This document shows, one piece after another, positions 9,012 to 19,937 of a stretch of 64,000 bases of DNA; position 1 is the first letter of the stretch; the number at the start of each line of letters is the position of its first letter. The stretch is taken from positions 3,512 through 67,511 of the forward strand of contig JABHCP010000001.1 of NCBI GenBank assembly GCA_018673485.1, given 5' to 3'. The notes under the pieces were generated by a model. The model made no database searches. It saw only the letters and a program-made list of their open reading frames with translations, and was not told the origin of the DNA. Origin of the DNA: Candidatus Uhrbacteria bacterium (lineage in GTDB: Bacteria > Patescibacteriota > Patescibacteriia > UBA9934). Position numbers and translations under genes: made by a program.

Positions 9012-9920
9012 CTATCCTAATGGGTCGTATCCTCCAATGACCTCTGTGCCGTCATCATAACCATCGCCGTCTGAATCTGGATTTGTTGGGTCTGTTCCGT
9101 GCAAGCGAACTTCTTCATAATCTGACAAACCGTCATCATCTGAATCTGAATCTTCATCACTTGTTCCCTGATATCTTTCTTCGTCAGCGTCCAATCCATC
9201 AAAATCTTTATCACCTGGCCCCACCATTTCAAGACAGGTATATTTATATTCTCGGATCCCAACTAAATAACATTTAGTTGGGTCTTGAGCTTCAATTGCC
9301 TCAGCCATAATTGCACCATATTTACATTGCGCGTCAGATATAATCTCATTATCGCAATTGCCGTTAATGCTTGCGTTTTGAGCCCACAATGCATGACAAT
9401 TATCAACTTTTTCTGAACTAGAATACTCCTCGCAATCACTGTAGGTATAATCATCACTCATTGTTTGAGTCACTATGGCATCACCACAACTATCCCTTGT
9501 TTCTTGATCTTCAATTTTTTTACAATCATCGGCATCTAAGGATGTCAAAGCGGATAATGCTGCGCACGAATCATAATCATCACCTTCAAGCTCATCACAA
9601 TAAGCGGTGTCACCAGTTTGTTGAGCCAACCGTGGAGCAGCACTTGCAATACATTTCTCTACGTCATCAGCACTCTGACATGACTCAATATAAAGCCTTG
9701 TACTTTGCTCAATATCGTTGCTACTACTGAAAAATGAACTAATCACAAACATTAACAACCAAACAACAAGGCCGATGACAATAATCGCACCAATGACTCT
9801 CCTAATAAGCACTCGATGCATTAACAGCCTATCTCTAAGACTGATAGTCTTCTCACCTTCTTGATCAATCTCATACCAATCAACCTGCTTTTCATCAAAT
9901 TGTTTTTGTTCGTTTTTCAT
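9012..9920 (-). CDS. membrane-anchored Cys-repeat + TSP3-repeat protein
   Basis: One TM, repeated C-x10-C units, DSDDDGLSDYEE..GTDP..DSDGDGYDDG. Confidence 0.75.
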   Translation of the reverse strand: MKNEQKQFDEKQVDWYEIDQEGEKTISLRDRLLMHRVLIRRVIGAIIVIGLVVWLLMFVISSFFSSSNDIEQSTRLYIESCQSADDVEKCIASAAPRLAQQTGDTAYCDELEGDDYDSCAALSALTSLDADDCKKIEDQETRDSCGDAIVTQTMSDDYTYSDCEEYSSSEKVDNCHALWAQNASINGNCDNEIISDAQCKYGAIMAEAIEAQDPTKCYLVGIREYKYTCLEMVGPGDKDFDGLDADEERYQGTSDEDSDSDDDGLSDYEEVRLHGTDPTNPDSDGDGYDDGTEVIGGYDPLG

Positions 9921-9932
9921 ATGATTGAAAGA

Positions 9933-12900
9933 TTAATCAGTACACATATTAAGATACATATCGGACAATTCAACCGTTCCCTCTCCATTTAAAGACACTC
10001 TCAGTGTCACTGTTTGTTCACTGGACTCATCACATGCGAATGTACTTGGAAGATTGATCGACCTGCTTGATCCAGCTCCAACAGTGGAAGCCTCAGTCTC
10101 ACCATCAAATGTCAACGAAATCGTTACATTAAGAATAGCGTCAACAATTGCTTCATACATATCAGCCAATTCATTCGCTGTTGTTGCGCTGTAAGCATAC
10201 GTTGTTCCATTGTCCGGCACTACACAGTCATGATTACCTTCTGTGGTCATAACTCCACATGAACCACCACCGTCTGTATCACTAATATCTGTGCATTCCA
10301 TGCTAGACCATCGTTGCATCTGAGCGATTTGACAGTCGTTACTGCTTAATACTGCCGAGAATACCTCAACACCAGCGTCCTTGATGTCATCAAGGAGATT
10401 GCTTACTCCTCGCATATATTCATCCGTATCCATAACATCATCACCGTCTGTATCTTCTGTGTCGATATGATCAAAGTACAAACTTTCGTAATCAGTATTG
10501 TAAATGTTTCCATCAGTGAAAATAATCATATACTCATTGTCAGCATACCCAGAGAATCCCAGCGCAGCGTCCTCAATAGATTCATAAATAGGTGTTCCAG
10601 TTACACCGTCAACAACTAGGCCATCGGATATGCTCAATTGAGTATCTGACTCTGTTGTATACACGCCTGCCGAACTTGCAGCCTCCAACATCAAGAACTT
10701 ACCTTCTCCAGACGACGCATAGCTCGCCCAAGCAATTAATGGCTTAAATGAACTCATGGCTTGATCCCACAGTGACATAGATGCTAACTTTGTACCCTTT
10801 AAGCCTGGGGTGAAAACAGTTGCATCATCTGCCTCTCCAACACCATCTGTGCCAGATGTACCACTGTCACCCAATCCATCATCGGTGCTACTATCATCAT
10901 CCTCACAAAGAGCCTCACAGTCAGCCACATCTACAGCCATTTCCCCACAATCACACACAACTGGGTCTGGCTCGACCTCTTCACACTCATCACCTATTCC
11001 ATCACCATCTGTATCTGTTTGCGAAGAATTGGAATCATCTGGACAGTTATCATCTTCATCTACTATTCCATCACCATCTGTATCTACAGGAGCCGTATAA
11101 GTTTGATGTGTCCCTCCAATATACGCCCATCCGATCCCCATATTTGCTGAGGTTCCATCATACGCTTCATGTAGAGACGTAATTGCATCACTAACAGCTG
11201 ATTCCAGAACCTCGATCCTGGTACTATCCCCCAGCTCTGAACTCATTGATCCTGAAAGGTCAATAACGAACATAATTTCTACATCCGGATACTCTCTGTC
11301 ACTCTGATCAATTGAAATACTAATCCCATCAGAAACGGTACATGCTGGAATATACAATGTAACTGTGTCACCACTGACTACACTAGTTGCAGTAGCGTCA
11401 TATGGCGCCAGATCTACGGTGTAGCTTCTGCTTGCCCCAATCTGATTCGTCTGCATTGAAATGCTTTGCGCAGTGTATGTAAACGGACAAGTTGACTCGC
11501 ATGACGCGTCACAACTTGGAGCAACACATGTGCTAATGCCGTCCATGCAAAGTTCGGAAGTCGGAGAACAGTAACTACCATCACTCCAGGCAGCACCCCC
11601 TGCATCTCCACCTTCGCAAACACCAGTCGGCACACATGAACGTCCCTCATCGTCCACCAATCCATAATCGCTTGCAAGGCATGTTTCTCCAATTCCTAGG
11701 CCTGCACGCTGATATAGAGTCTCACTGTAATAATTATATAAAACATCAGTTCCATCACAAGTCTCGCTTCCGTTAATAACTCCGTCACCGCAGAAACTTC
11801 CAGATGTTGTGACATTCACACAGCTCTCATTACAATACGCACAAGTTGATCCGTATGTAGCCGAGCATATTTGACCGTTGTCGATACCCTCATCGCAATT
11901 CTCCATGCCAGCGTAAACATATCCGTCACCACAAACGTTGCTGGTGCACTCTATTGTGCAGTCGTCTGTTGAGTCGTCATTTCCATCATCACACTCTTCG
12001 CCGTCGTCAACCACTCCGTCTCCACAAGACCCTGGTGCAATACAATCTATGTCTGCCCAATCCTCTCCCCACTCGCAAACAGAGTCATCACAACTTCGTG
12101 TGCGGATTGTTTGATATTCAAATGTTGAGCAAATTCCATCCCCTCCTACGCTACTATCACAATAACTATTAACTCCACACGGCTCACCGGTCTTGCTAGC
12201 GTCTCCATCGATACACACGGTGGTATAAGGGCACTCATTGGCCGTATCTTTGGAAATATCATCAGGATCAGAGTCTCCACAGACCGCAGTGCCCGCCTCA
12301 ATCTCAGCCTCAATATCGATATCGTCGCCGTCACTTAGCCCAAAAGTACCCGATGCACAATCGCTATCTTGTTCGCATTCACCATCATTGTCCGACATTC
12401 CTGATGAACAAATCTTTCCGGAATAAGTTTCTGTGTTTCCATCGCACTCTTCTGAATCATCTGCTGTGCTATCTCCACAATATGGCGCTGGACCGGAACA
12501 ATCCCAAGCACAAGTGTCAGACGCGCTTGCACTATAAACTCCGTTCAGATATGTACACGCCCCTGCTCCATAGGCAGCTCCAGACGCTGGTGCCACAGAT
12601 CCACAGTCGCACAGCTCACCACCAGCAAGCTCTCCATCTCCGCAGTAGGTACGTGCTGAGTTAGTACAATCTGCACCACAGAATCCATAACTACCATTTA
12701 AAGATCCATCATCGCATTCCTCACCAGCTTCTAAAACTCCGTTTCCACAACTCAAAACTTCACACTCTAATGTTGCGTCATAACCTGAACACTCTGAGTT
12801 ACAATTGTTTAATATATATCCATCATTAACTCCATCTTCATCTGAATCACACGCCGCGCCTGAAGTGGTATCCCCTATTTCACAGGTCTCAGCACTTCCT

Positions 12901-15900
12901 ACTATTCCATCTCCACAAATGTCAGATGAACCCCAAACTGTTGATCCGTCACAAAAGGCTGCTCCATTTTGGAATCCGTCACCAGTACCACTGCCTCCAA
13001 TTAAAATCTGATAATCATCATAAATATTATTATCAATATCTGGCACCCAACTTCCCTGTTCAAACTCAAGCTCAGCGCCTATCACATATCCAGCATCTCC
13101 ATAAGTTCGATAGTGATATGTTCTTGAGTCAACCGGACAAAGGTACTGACCGGTGATTTCGTTTACACAAGTTTCAGAATCATAATCGCTATAACGACCG
13201 GTTCCGCAAAGTATGTATTGATTCAACGGGTCAGCTGCAACGCTTACTCCCAACTCATCTGCCAAAACATCATTCCATGAAGTCCAAACGCTTGATGTCA
13301 ATGAACGCACGAAACTTCCTGACTCAATTTGTGGAATCGTGCCACCCATGTAGCTCGCAATATCAGTAACGTCCCCCAAGCGATCCATGTCACGCATTAG
13401 CTTTGATTTTTCATCAGCGCACTCATAACCTACCGTGGTGCAATCTAAATCCGAAGTACAGCTATCGCCATAGTCCCCGTCTGTGCTGCGGTAACACATC
13501 GCTGTGTCATCAATATTATTTACCAATGACATATTCTCTATAAACATGTCGTAAATCTCTACCGCAGTGCTGCTTGCACCATAGTTGTACGAGACAATTA
13601 CAATATTTGGATACAACGAACCAGATACATAATTAGGCACGGCGACATAAATTGAACGTCCATCCACTACAGCTTGGAACCCATCGATAGTTGTTTCGGT
13701 TGGACTACCTGAGAACCCGTTCGCGTAATACCACGCAAGCGGACTTAGGTACGCCTCGTTCATAATAATCCTCATTCCAATGGCGTCGCCTGTTGGAATG
13801 TTGTCGTCATAAACATTAAAGAAATATTCCTTCAGAACATCATCAGTACCATGCTCTTGAGCCATCACTACTCGCAACTCAGGATAATCATCTGAAATTA
13901 GATCATCATCACCGTCGTCGCGACAATAATATGTTGAGAAGTTCATCCACGCTCGACCATGACGAGCCGATGTTGCAACACCTGCATGGTACCCATCGGC
14001 ACTGTCGCTAAATGGGAAATACTCCAGAGCTGGCCATAAGTTTTCACAAACCACTACTGACACGTCAGCAGTACCAGAGACAGTTGTCGCCTCACAAGTT
14101 CCAGAATCGCCACAGGCGTCCCCGGGTGTACACCCGGTAATGCTCGCGTCACTACTGCAATAGAACGACTCACCCGAGTCATCAACGGTCACAATGGCTG
14201 AGGTTGCGATGTTGGCCTGTCCTGTTATACCTGCCGCTGAATACGACCCTAAAGCAGGGCTTGCTAGATCAACAGTTTCGTCATCCAAAATCATTATTAT
14301 ATCTTCACCATTTGGCGCGCCATAGACATCAACACCGTCAGCGTCAGAACTCCAACTAACCCATCCCCATGCATAACTTGAAATTGGCTCAATTGATTGG
14401 GCTGCGCCTGTGTCATATGAATACGCTGTTGCTGAGAATTCATGAGACTCTCCGGACTCAGTAAACACATTTGGACTATCCGTTTCTCCATCGACAATAT
14501 CAACCTCGTCGAGCCCACAAATACTTTGATATGTTTCAAATATTTGTGAATGATCTCCATCCATTGCTACACCGTACCTTGTTAGCAATCCCTCGCGCGC
14601 TGTGTCGTCGAGCTCATCACCATAAACATAAATTGAATACTGAGCGTCGGGTGCCAGCGCTTCGTCGTAATGGAATACTACCTTGTAAACCTCATCCGCA
14701 CCCTCGCCTACGGTGCTCTGCGCAAAGCCAGTCATTGGCATAACACAGTCTCCACCATTTTGAGCTTGGACAATTGGAGCCAACATTCTACTAATCAAAC
14801 TAAAGGCTCGGCTCCACCAACCCTTTTGAATTTCATTCATTGCTATTGTTGAATGCGTACTTGGGCACAGTCCATCATCCGTCGTTGACACATCAAGGAT
14901 CAAAAATGCATTGTCATCAAATGATGATACGTCCATCTGCATATCAAACAATCCGTAAATCTCGGCATTTAAACATGCGCTTGAACCATTCGGGAAAAGA
15001 TCTGGATCAGGGCGTGCCATGCAACAACCAGTTGTAGCTGGGCCATAGCCCTCGTCACAGTCATCATCGTTTTCAGCTACACACGACAAGTAAAGCGAAG
15101 TGTAAGCTGAAAGTCCGTCATATGAAACCTCGATTGTTGACGTTGCAATATTTGTATCCATATCAACCTGCTCAGCTGCATCATCGATGATTTGAGCAAG
15201 CTGTACTGGGTCTGGATAACCATCAGGTCCAGCGCCATACGAGCTTTCCTCGCACACTGCCAACTCACCACTTCCTACAACTCCGTCTCCACAAACTGAA
15301 GGGTCGACGTAATAAATTGAAGAACCTGAGAGCAAGCAATCACTAGAGCACCACTCTTCCCCATCGCAATCCTCACCAGCGCCAGTGGAGCTGTCTTGAT
15401 CGAGCGACTCATCACCACAAGTTCCATAGCTTCCAGCTGAACCTTCACGCAAACAACTTGAAGAACACCCATCACCATCGATGGTGTTACCGTCGTCGCA
15501 TGTTTCATAAGGAGCATCTATATCCCAATCTCCGTCTCCACACTCAGCTGCAACTTGAGTAATAGGTGTTGTTCCTTCGTTTAAACATACTGAGGAACAT
15601 CCGTCACCTGAGGATGCATTTCCGTCGTCGCACTCTTCTCCACCTTGATCGTCCTCATGTGCCTCATCAAGATTTCCACAAGTTGCTCCGACTGACTGCG
15701 AGCCCTCGTTCAAACACGAACTTGAGCATCCGTCACCATTTCTCGAATTACTATCATCGCACTCCTCACCAGCATCCAAGTCTCCGTCTCCACAACATGA
15801 CGCGTCGTCTTGACCACAAGTTGAACTAGAATAAACACACTCTTCGTCAGACCCGCAAACTGTGCCAGAGATTGAGCAAGTGCCCTCCAGTGTTTCAGTG

Positions 15901-18900
15901 TCGCTGATCTCACAAACATCCTGACACTCCACGTCTGTACTACACGAGTCTCCAGTACTAGAGCATGAATACGTACAGGCGCTGGAACCAACATTTTGAC
16001 ATGTACTTGAACACGTAACATCGTCGGTGTCATCGCAGTCCTCACCAATCTCTACTATACCGTTACCACAAATTCCATAATATATTTCAGATCCTGTAGC
16101 AACGCACTCGGAAGTGCATCCAGACGGAATATTAGTTTGTCCGACATCAAATAGATCGCTTGAAATAGTCACCCACTGCGCGACATCCTCATCATCCACT
16201 ATTGGATCGGTCCACACCCACTCATATTCATAGCCATTCAATTCTTGTCCGGCAACTGAACAACTATCCGGATCTCCATAGGCAGTTACTTCGTAATACT
16301 GTGTGTCGCCAATGCTATCAAGTGTAATATTTTCTGGCTCCAAGCCTATGCGACCGACCAAACAAAGTGCATCGTCGTCCTTAGTCCCAAAAGTCCAAGA
16401 AAAATCATCGCCATAGTTTGTTCGTGACAGTGGAACTCCGCTTGTCGAGATAGCTGACCCCGAAACTATAACTCTATAATATTCTGCTTCTTTCAGCTCT
16501 GTGCCATATGTAGTGTCAGAAATTACCAGAGCAACCTCTGAACATCCAACAGATTCGATATCAGTTGAATCTCCAATAGAATCTGTATCGCTACAGCTTG
16601 CCACAGTTGTAATTTCTGAAAGAGTTGCGCAAAGCTCGTTCGCGCATGAATACAACGCTATATCACCAAGAACTGAATCATCCATTAGTGTATTGAAAGT
16701 TACGCTGATCGCACCGTTAATGCATGCGGTATCACAGTCTGGCAAGTAATCACTTACATAAGGATCCGCAAAGTTCACTATCACCTCGGCGTCTCCCTCT
16801 GTACCACTAGCCTGCTCTTCTGCAGTTAGCACCGTCGTACCCTCCGCTACCGCCACTGCTGACTGACAATACTCGTCGCTTATAGTCGCACAACTCGTCA
16901 GCCCAACATATGAACCAGTATCCAAATCCCAATCCCATGAGTAATCAACTGGATTTAGCACCTGGCACTCTTGAAGTGGAAGTGCATTAAACTCTGATTC
17001 ATCTCCCTGCTCGTCGATTGTCGCTGATATCGGACTAACCAAAACCTCGGATACATCACAATCCTCCTCACTTGCACCAGTTGTGAAAGTCCATGAATAT
17101 TCCTGGCTTAAGTTCTGTCCATCTTGGGACATTATTTGATCACTAACTTCTACTAAATACGAAGTGCTTGTCTTAAATTTTCCGCCATTATATGTTGAGT
17201 GTGCTGTCCATATAAACGATGTCTGAGTGGCGCTCGCGCTATCTTGCACTGAATCTGCCAAAACCTCTGCCGCGTCCTTATCGTCACCGCTTAGATCGCA
17301 ATCACTGTCCTCGCACTCATAAACTTTGATGTAGTCGCTCGTGATAGTGCTTGTATCCATTAATGTGCTGAAAGTTCCACGCACAACCGCATTAGTGCAC
17401 GCCTCTCGCGTGAAGCGATAGTTAGGCACGGCACTCACCAAAGTATCCGAACATTCAACTAAAAGTTCAGGCACTACCGGTATGGGTCCAGTTGAGAAAA
17501 ACCAGCTATACCCACCCAGCGACAATGTGGTGTCACTCGACTCTTCTGCTCCTATTTCAAAATTAAGCGTGTTACTTTCTTCTCCTCCGGCTGAAGTAAC
17601 ACTCAACGCTCCAGTCTGCGCTCCAGACGGAACATTTACAGTAATATCACTATCGCTCCAGTCACCAGAGACGACTGTAGCGCTCACACCGCTGAAAAAC
17701 TCAACTGAACCAATGTCAGAGCCAAGGTTCTCTCCATAAATAACCACGGTATCATCCACTTCGCCCATATCCGGATCAATTGCGCAAATTCCCGGCGTTG
17801 GGTCATCATTTGTTACTTCAAAATCCATAGCCTCGGAGTCAATATCGGCCTGGCTTGTTATATAAATATCATAGTCCCCTACCGTAAGACTGTCTCCGCC
17901 TGTAAATTCGTCAGGCACTATTACAGTTATTTCGGTGGTATCCCAAATTTGTCCCTCACACTCATCTGGAAACTCAATACTTCCTTGCGCTGTGTATCCG
18001 CTGGTCTGATCCTCAAACCAAACGGTGCCCAAAGAAGATCCAAAGCTTGTTCCGGAGATCGTTACATATTGACCGATCCCTCCACTATCAGGCTCAACTG
18101 AATAAATAGTTGGTACAATGTCATCTCCATAATCAACACCAAAGCTGATCTCGTTTGAAGTCACTCCATCAACTGTCACAGAAAGATCAACGTACTCACC
18201 GGCAGTGAGTGACGGAACAGTAATTGTGAGTGACGAATCTGACCACCTAGAGTAACTGCTCGTCGTGGTTGTATTAAAACTTACAAATGAATCATCTCGA
18301 CTGTCTCCAAAGCCTAGCCCAGAAAGTGACACTCCGTCTCCGACTTCAGCAGTATCAGGACTAACGTTACAAAGACTTGGTCGCTGCGTATCATTAACAT
18401 CAAAATCATCAATTAATGCACCCGAATCATCGTCGGTTGCGTCTGAATACCCTCGAGGTATCTCGATTGTAATTGGACCATCAGCTGCTCCGTCTGGTAC
18501 TTCAGCAATGATCTCCTCAGAGTTCCAACCGTCACCACATGATGGAATATCGGCCTCAACTGTGCCACCCGCACCATCTGCGAAGTAAACGGAACCAGTT
18601 GACCCAAAACCGGATCCAGAAATAGTTACATAAGTTCCAACCGCACCGTTTGAAGGTGAGACGCTACTTATTTCAGGATATGTTACACATGCCCCATCTT
18701 CACAGTCTCCACCCGAACAATCACTATCTTCAGAGCATGATTCACCATCGCAACTACCACAACTTCCACCGCAATCAACCCCCTCTTCGTCACCATCCAA
18801 TACTCTACTAAAACAATGAGCTGGCAGAATCCTAATTCGAACAGAATCAGAATCTTCATTTCCAGCAATATCGGTCACTGTAACTTCGAGCGTGTAACGT

Positions 18901-19928
18901 GCATCTTCCTCGGCGTCATCTGTGTACCAAGTGCTCTCGATTGTCACGTCAGACAAGTCTGCACCACTGGCTGCAACACTATCGAACCAATCGTCACCGG
19001 CATAAAAATCAGCAACTGATATTTCACTATCATCTGTTGCAGATATTTGAACAAGCGTTGAACTATCCGCTGGAATCATCTCACCACTATCTGGATATGT
19101 GACGCTTACATTGGGGTCCTCTGTATCAACTATGTCCCCTGTTGTGAAAGTCGATGTACAACTTACAGCCGAACAATCTAGAGAGGTTCCTGATGTGCTA
19201 TCAATATCGCTATCAACTACAACTGTGTATTGTGTATTTTCACCAAAACAGAATCGATCTTCATTAGGTTCCGGGCAAGGCTCCGATGGTGTAAACGTAA
19301 CTTTATTTCCAGAAATCTCTAATGTGCCATCAACCTCATCGCCAGTTTCTGTATTAGAAATAGTAAGATTGCCCTCAACGGTATCCTCTTGAACTCGCCG
19401 GCTAAAAGTAACATTCAAAACCACGTTTCGAATTGAAACCTCACCTTCTGGTGAATAACTGGCAACTGCAAAGCTCGAAGCCGATCCACCACCCATACCA
19501 CTGGACGCCCCTGAAGAACTTGAGCTTGAACTCGATCCTGAGCCACCCGAGCCGTCTGTTAAGGCCCCTAACACAAATGTGGTGATTGACCAGGACAAAA
19601 GTATTATTCCCAGGCCAATAAAGCCATTTAATAAAATCTTTTTCGCTTTATCCACTTTGTCAGGGTCGCCTTGGGCTGTCATCCAGACAAATCCTCCGTA
19701 CAGCACGATGACCACTGCAATAACGCCCAGCACCGTCAGAAAGGTTCTGATCAGCCTGGCGACTATGATTTGCAGACTCTCATCTTGCAAACCGCTAGTC
19801 TCACCTACAGTTTCAAGTTCATCAACTTGAGCGTACGCTGTGTGGATTGGTGCTAAAACACCTCCCGACACAGTAAATACGACTGCGAGTGCGCTTAATA
19901 GTAAAGTGAAACGTTTGAGTAATGACAT
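9933..19928 (-). CDS. giant (3331 aa) surface protein: VirB2/TrbC-like pilin, Ig-like and IPT/TIG domains, CGDG Cys-rich repeats, pilin-head-like domain, TSP3, VWA
   Basis: Signal peptide ending AYA; YGGFVWMTAQGDPDKVDKAKKILLN pilin motif; ISSVSP..G..VTISG IPT motifs; many CGDG..GEECDDGN repeats; VIDLSGSMS MIDAS. Confidence 0.85.
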   Translation of the reverse strand: MSLLKRFTLLLSALAVVFTVSGGVLAPIHTAYAQVDELETVGETSGLQDESLQIIVARLIRTFLTVLGVIAVVIVLYGGFVWMTAQGDPDKVDKAKKILLNGFIGLGIILLSWSITTFVLGALTDGSGGSGSSSSSSSSGASSGMGGGSASSFAVASYSPEGEVSIRNVVLNVTFSRRVQEDTVEGNLTISNTETGDEVDGTLEISGNKVTFTPSEPCPEPNEDRFCFGENTQYTVVVDSDIDSTSGTSLDCSAVSCTSTFTTGDIVDTEDPNVSVTYPDSGEMIPADSSTLVQISATDDSEISVADFYAGDDWFDSVAASGADLSDVTIESTWYTDDAEEDARYTLEVTVTDIAGNEDSDSVRIRILPAHCFSRVLDGDEEGVDCGGSCGSCDGESCSEDSDCSGGDCEDGACVTYPEISSVSPSNGAVGTYVTISGSGFGSTGSVYFADGAGGTVEADIPSCGDGWNSEEIIAEVPDGAADGPITIEIPRGYSDATDDDSGALIDDFDVNDTQRPSLCNVSPDTAEVGDGVSLSGLGFGDSRDDSFVSFNTTTTSSYSRWSDSSLTITVPSLTAGEYVDLSVTVDGVTSNEISFGVDYGDDIVPTIYSVEPDSGGIGQYVTISGTSFGSSLGTVWFEDQTSGYTAQGSIEFPDECEGQIWDTTEITVIVPDEFTGGDSLTVGDYDIYITSQADIDSEAMDFEVTNDDPTPGICAIDPDMGEVDDTVVIYGENLGSDIGSVEFFSGVSATVVSGDWSDSDITVNVPSGAQTGALSVTSAGGEESNTLNFEIGAEESSDTTLSLGGYSWFFSTGPIPVVPELLVECSDTLVSAVPNYRFTREACTNAVVRGTFSTLMDTSTITSDYIKVYECEDSDCDLSGDDKDAAEVLADSVQDSASATQTSFIWTAHSTYNGGKFKTSTSYLVEVSDQIMSQDGQNLSQEYSWTFTTGASEEDCDVSEVLVSPISATIDEQGDESEFNALPLQECQVLNPVDYSWDWDLDTGSYVGLTSCATISDEYCQSAVAVAEGTTVLTAEEQASGTEGDAEVIVNFADPYVSDYLPDCDTACINGAISVTFNTLMDDSVLGDIALYSCANELCATLSEITTVASCSDTDSIGDSTDIESVGCSEVALVISDTTYGTELKEAEYYRVIVSGSAISTSGVPLSRTNYGDDFSWTFGTKDDDALCLVGRIGLEPENITLDSIGDTQYYEVTAYGDPDSCSVAGQELNGYEYEWVWTDPIVDDEDVAQWVTISSDLFDVGQTNIPSGCTSECVATGSEIYYGICGNGIVEIGEDCDDTDDVTCSSTCQNVGSSACTYSCSSTGDSCSTDVECQDVCEISDTETLEGTCSISGTVCGSDEECVYSSSTCGQDDASCCGDGDLDAGEECDDSNSRNGDGCSSSCLNEGSQSVGATCGNLDEAHEDDQGGEECDDGNASSGDGCSSVCLNEGTTPITQVAAECGDGDWDIDAPYETCDDGNTIDGDGCSSSCLREGSAGSYGTCGDESLDQDSSTGAGEDCDGEEWCSSDCLLSGSSIYYVDPSVCGDGVVGSGELAVCEESSYGAGPDGYPDPVQLAQIIDDAAEQVDMDTNIATSTIEVSYDGLSAYTSLYLSCVAENDDDCDEGYGPATTGCCMARPDPDLFPNGSSACLNAEIYGLFDMQMDVSSFDDNAFLILDVSTTDDGLCPSTHSTIAMNEIQKGWWSRAFSLISRMLAPIVQAQNGGDCVMPMTGFAQSTVGEGADEVYKVVFHYDEALAPDAQYSIYVYGDELDDTAREGLLTRYGVAMDGDHSQIFETYQSICGLDEVDIVDGETDSPNVFTESGESHEFSATAYSYDTGAAQSIEPISSYAWGWVSWSSDADGVDVYGAPNGEDIIMILDDETVDLASPALGSYSAAGITGQANIATSAIVTVDDSGESFYCSSDASITGCTPGDACGDSGTCEATTVSGTADVSVVVCENLWPALEYFPFSDSADGYHAGVATSARHGRAWMNFSTYYCRDDGDDDLISDDYPELRVVMAQEHGTDDVLKEYFFNVYDDNIPTGDAIGMRIIMNEAYLSPLAWYYANGFSGSPTETTIDGFQAVVDGRSIYVAVPNYVSGSLYPNIVIVSYNYGASSTAVEIYDMFIENMSLVNNIDDTAMCYRSTDGDYGDSCTSDLDCTTVGYECADEKSKLMRDMDRLGDVTDIASYMGGTIPQIESGSFVRSLTSSVWTSWNDVLADELGVSVAADPLNQYILCGTGRYSDYDSETCVNEITGQYLCPVDSRTYHYRTYGDAGYVIGAELEFEQGSWVPDIDNNIYDDYQILIGGSGTGDGFQNGAAFCDGSTVWGSSDICGDGIVGSAETCEIGDTTSGAACDSDEDGVNDGYILNNCNSECSGYDATLECEVLSCGNGVLEAGEECDDGSLNGSYGFCGADCTNSARTYCGDGELAGGELCDCGSVAPASGAAYGAGACTYLNGVYSASASDTCAWDCSGPAPYCGDSTADDSEECDGNTETYSGKICSSGMSDNDGECEQDSDCASGTFGLSDGDDIDIEAEIEAGTAVCGDSDPDDISKDTANECPYTTVCIDGDASKTGEPCGVNSYCDSSVGGDGICSTFEYQTIRTRSCDDSVCEWGEDWADIDCIAPGSCGDGVVDDGEECDDGNDDSTDDCTIECTSNVCGDGYVYAGMENCDEGIDNGQICSATYGSTCAYCNESCVNVTTSGSFCGDGVINGSETCDGTDVLYNYYSETLYQRAGLGIGETCLASDYGLVDDEGRSCVPTGVCEGGDAGGAAWSDGSYCSPTSELCMDGISTCVAPSCDASCESTCPFTYTAQSISMQTNQIGASRSYTVDLAPYDATATSVVSGDTVTLYIPACTVSDGISISIDQSDREYPDVEIMFVIDLSGSMSSELGDSTRIEVLESAVSDAITSLHEAYDGTSANMGIGWAYIGGTHQTYTAPVDTDGDGIVDEDDNCPDDSNSSQTDTDGDGIGDECEEVEPDPVVCDCGEMAVDVADCEALCEDDDSSTDDGLGDSGTSGTDGVGEADDATVFTPGLKGTKLASMSLWDQAMSSFKPLIAWASYASSGEGKFLMLEAASSAGVYTTESDTQLSISDGLVVDGVTGTPIYESIEDAALGFSGYADNEYMIIFTDGNIYNTDYESLYFDHIDTEDTDGDDVMDTDEYMRGVSNLLDDIKDAGVEVFSAVLSSNDCQIAQMQRWSSMECTDISDTDGGGSCGVMTTEGNHDCVVPDNGTTYAYSATTANELADMYEAIVDAILNVTISLTFDGETEASTVGAGSSRSINLPSTFACDESSEQTVTLRVSLNGEGTVELSDMYLNMCTD

Positions 19929-19937
19929 GTAACAAGA

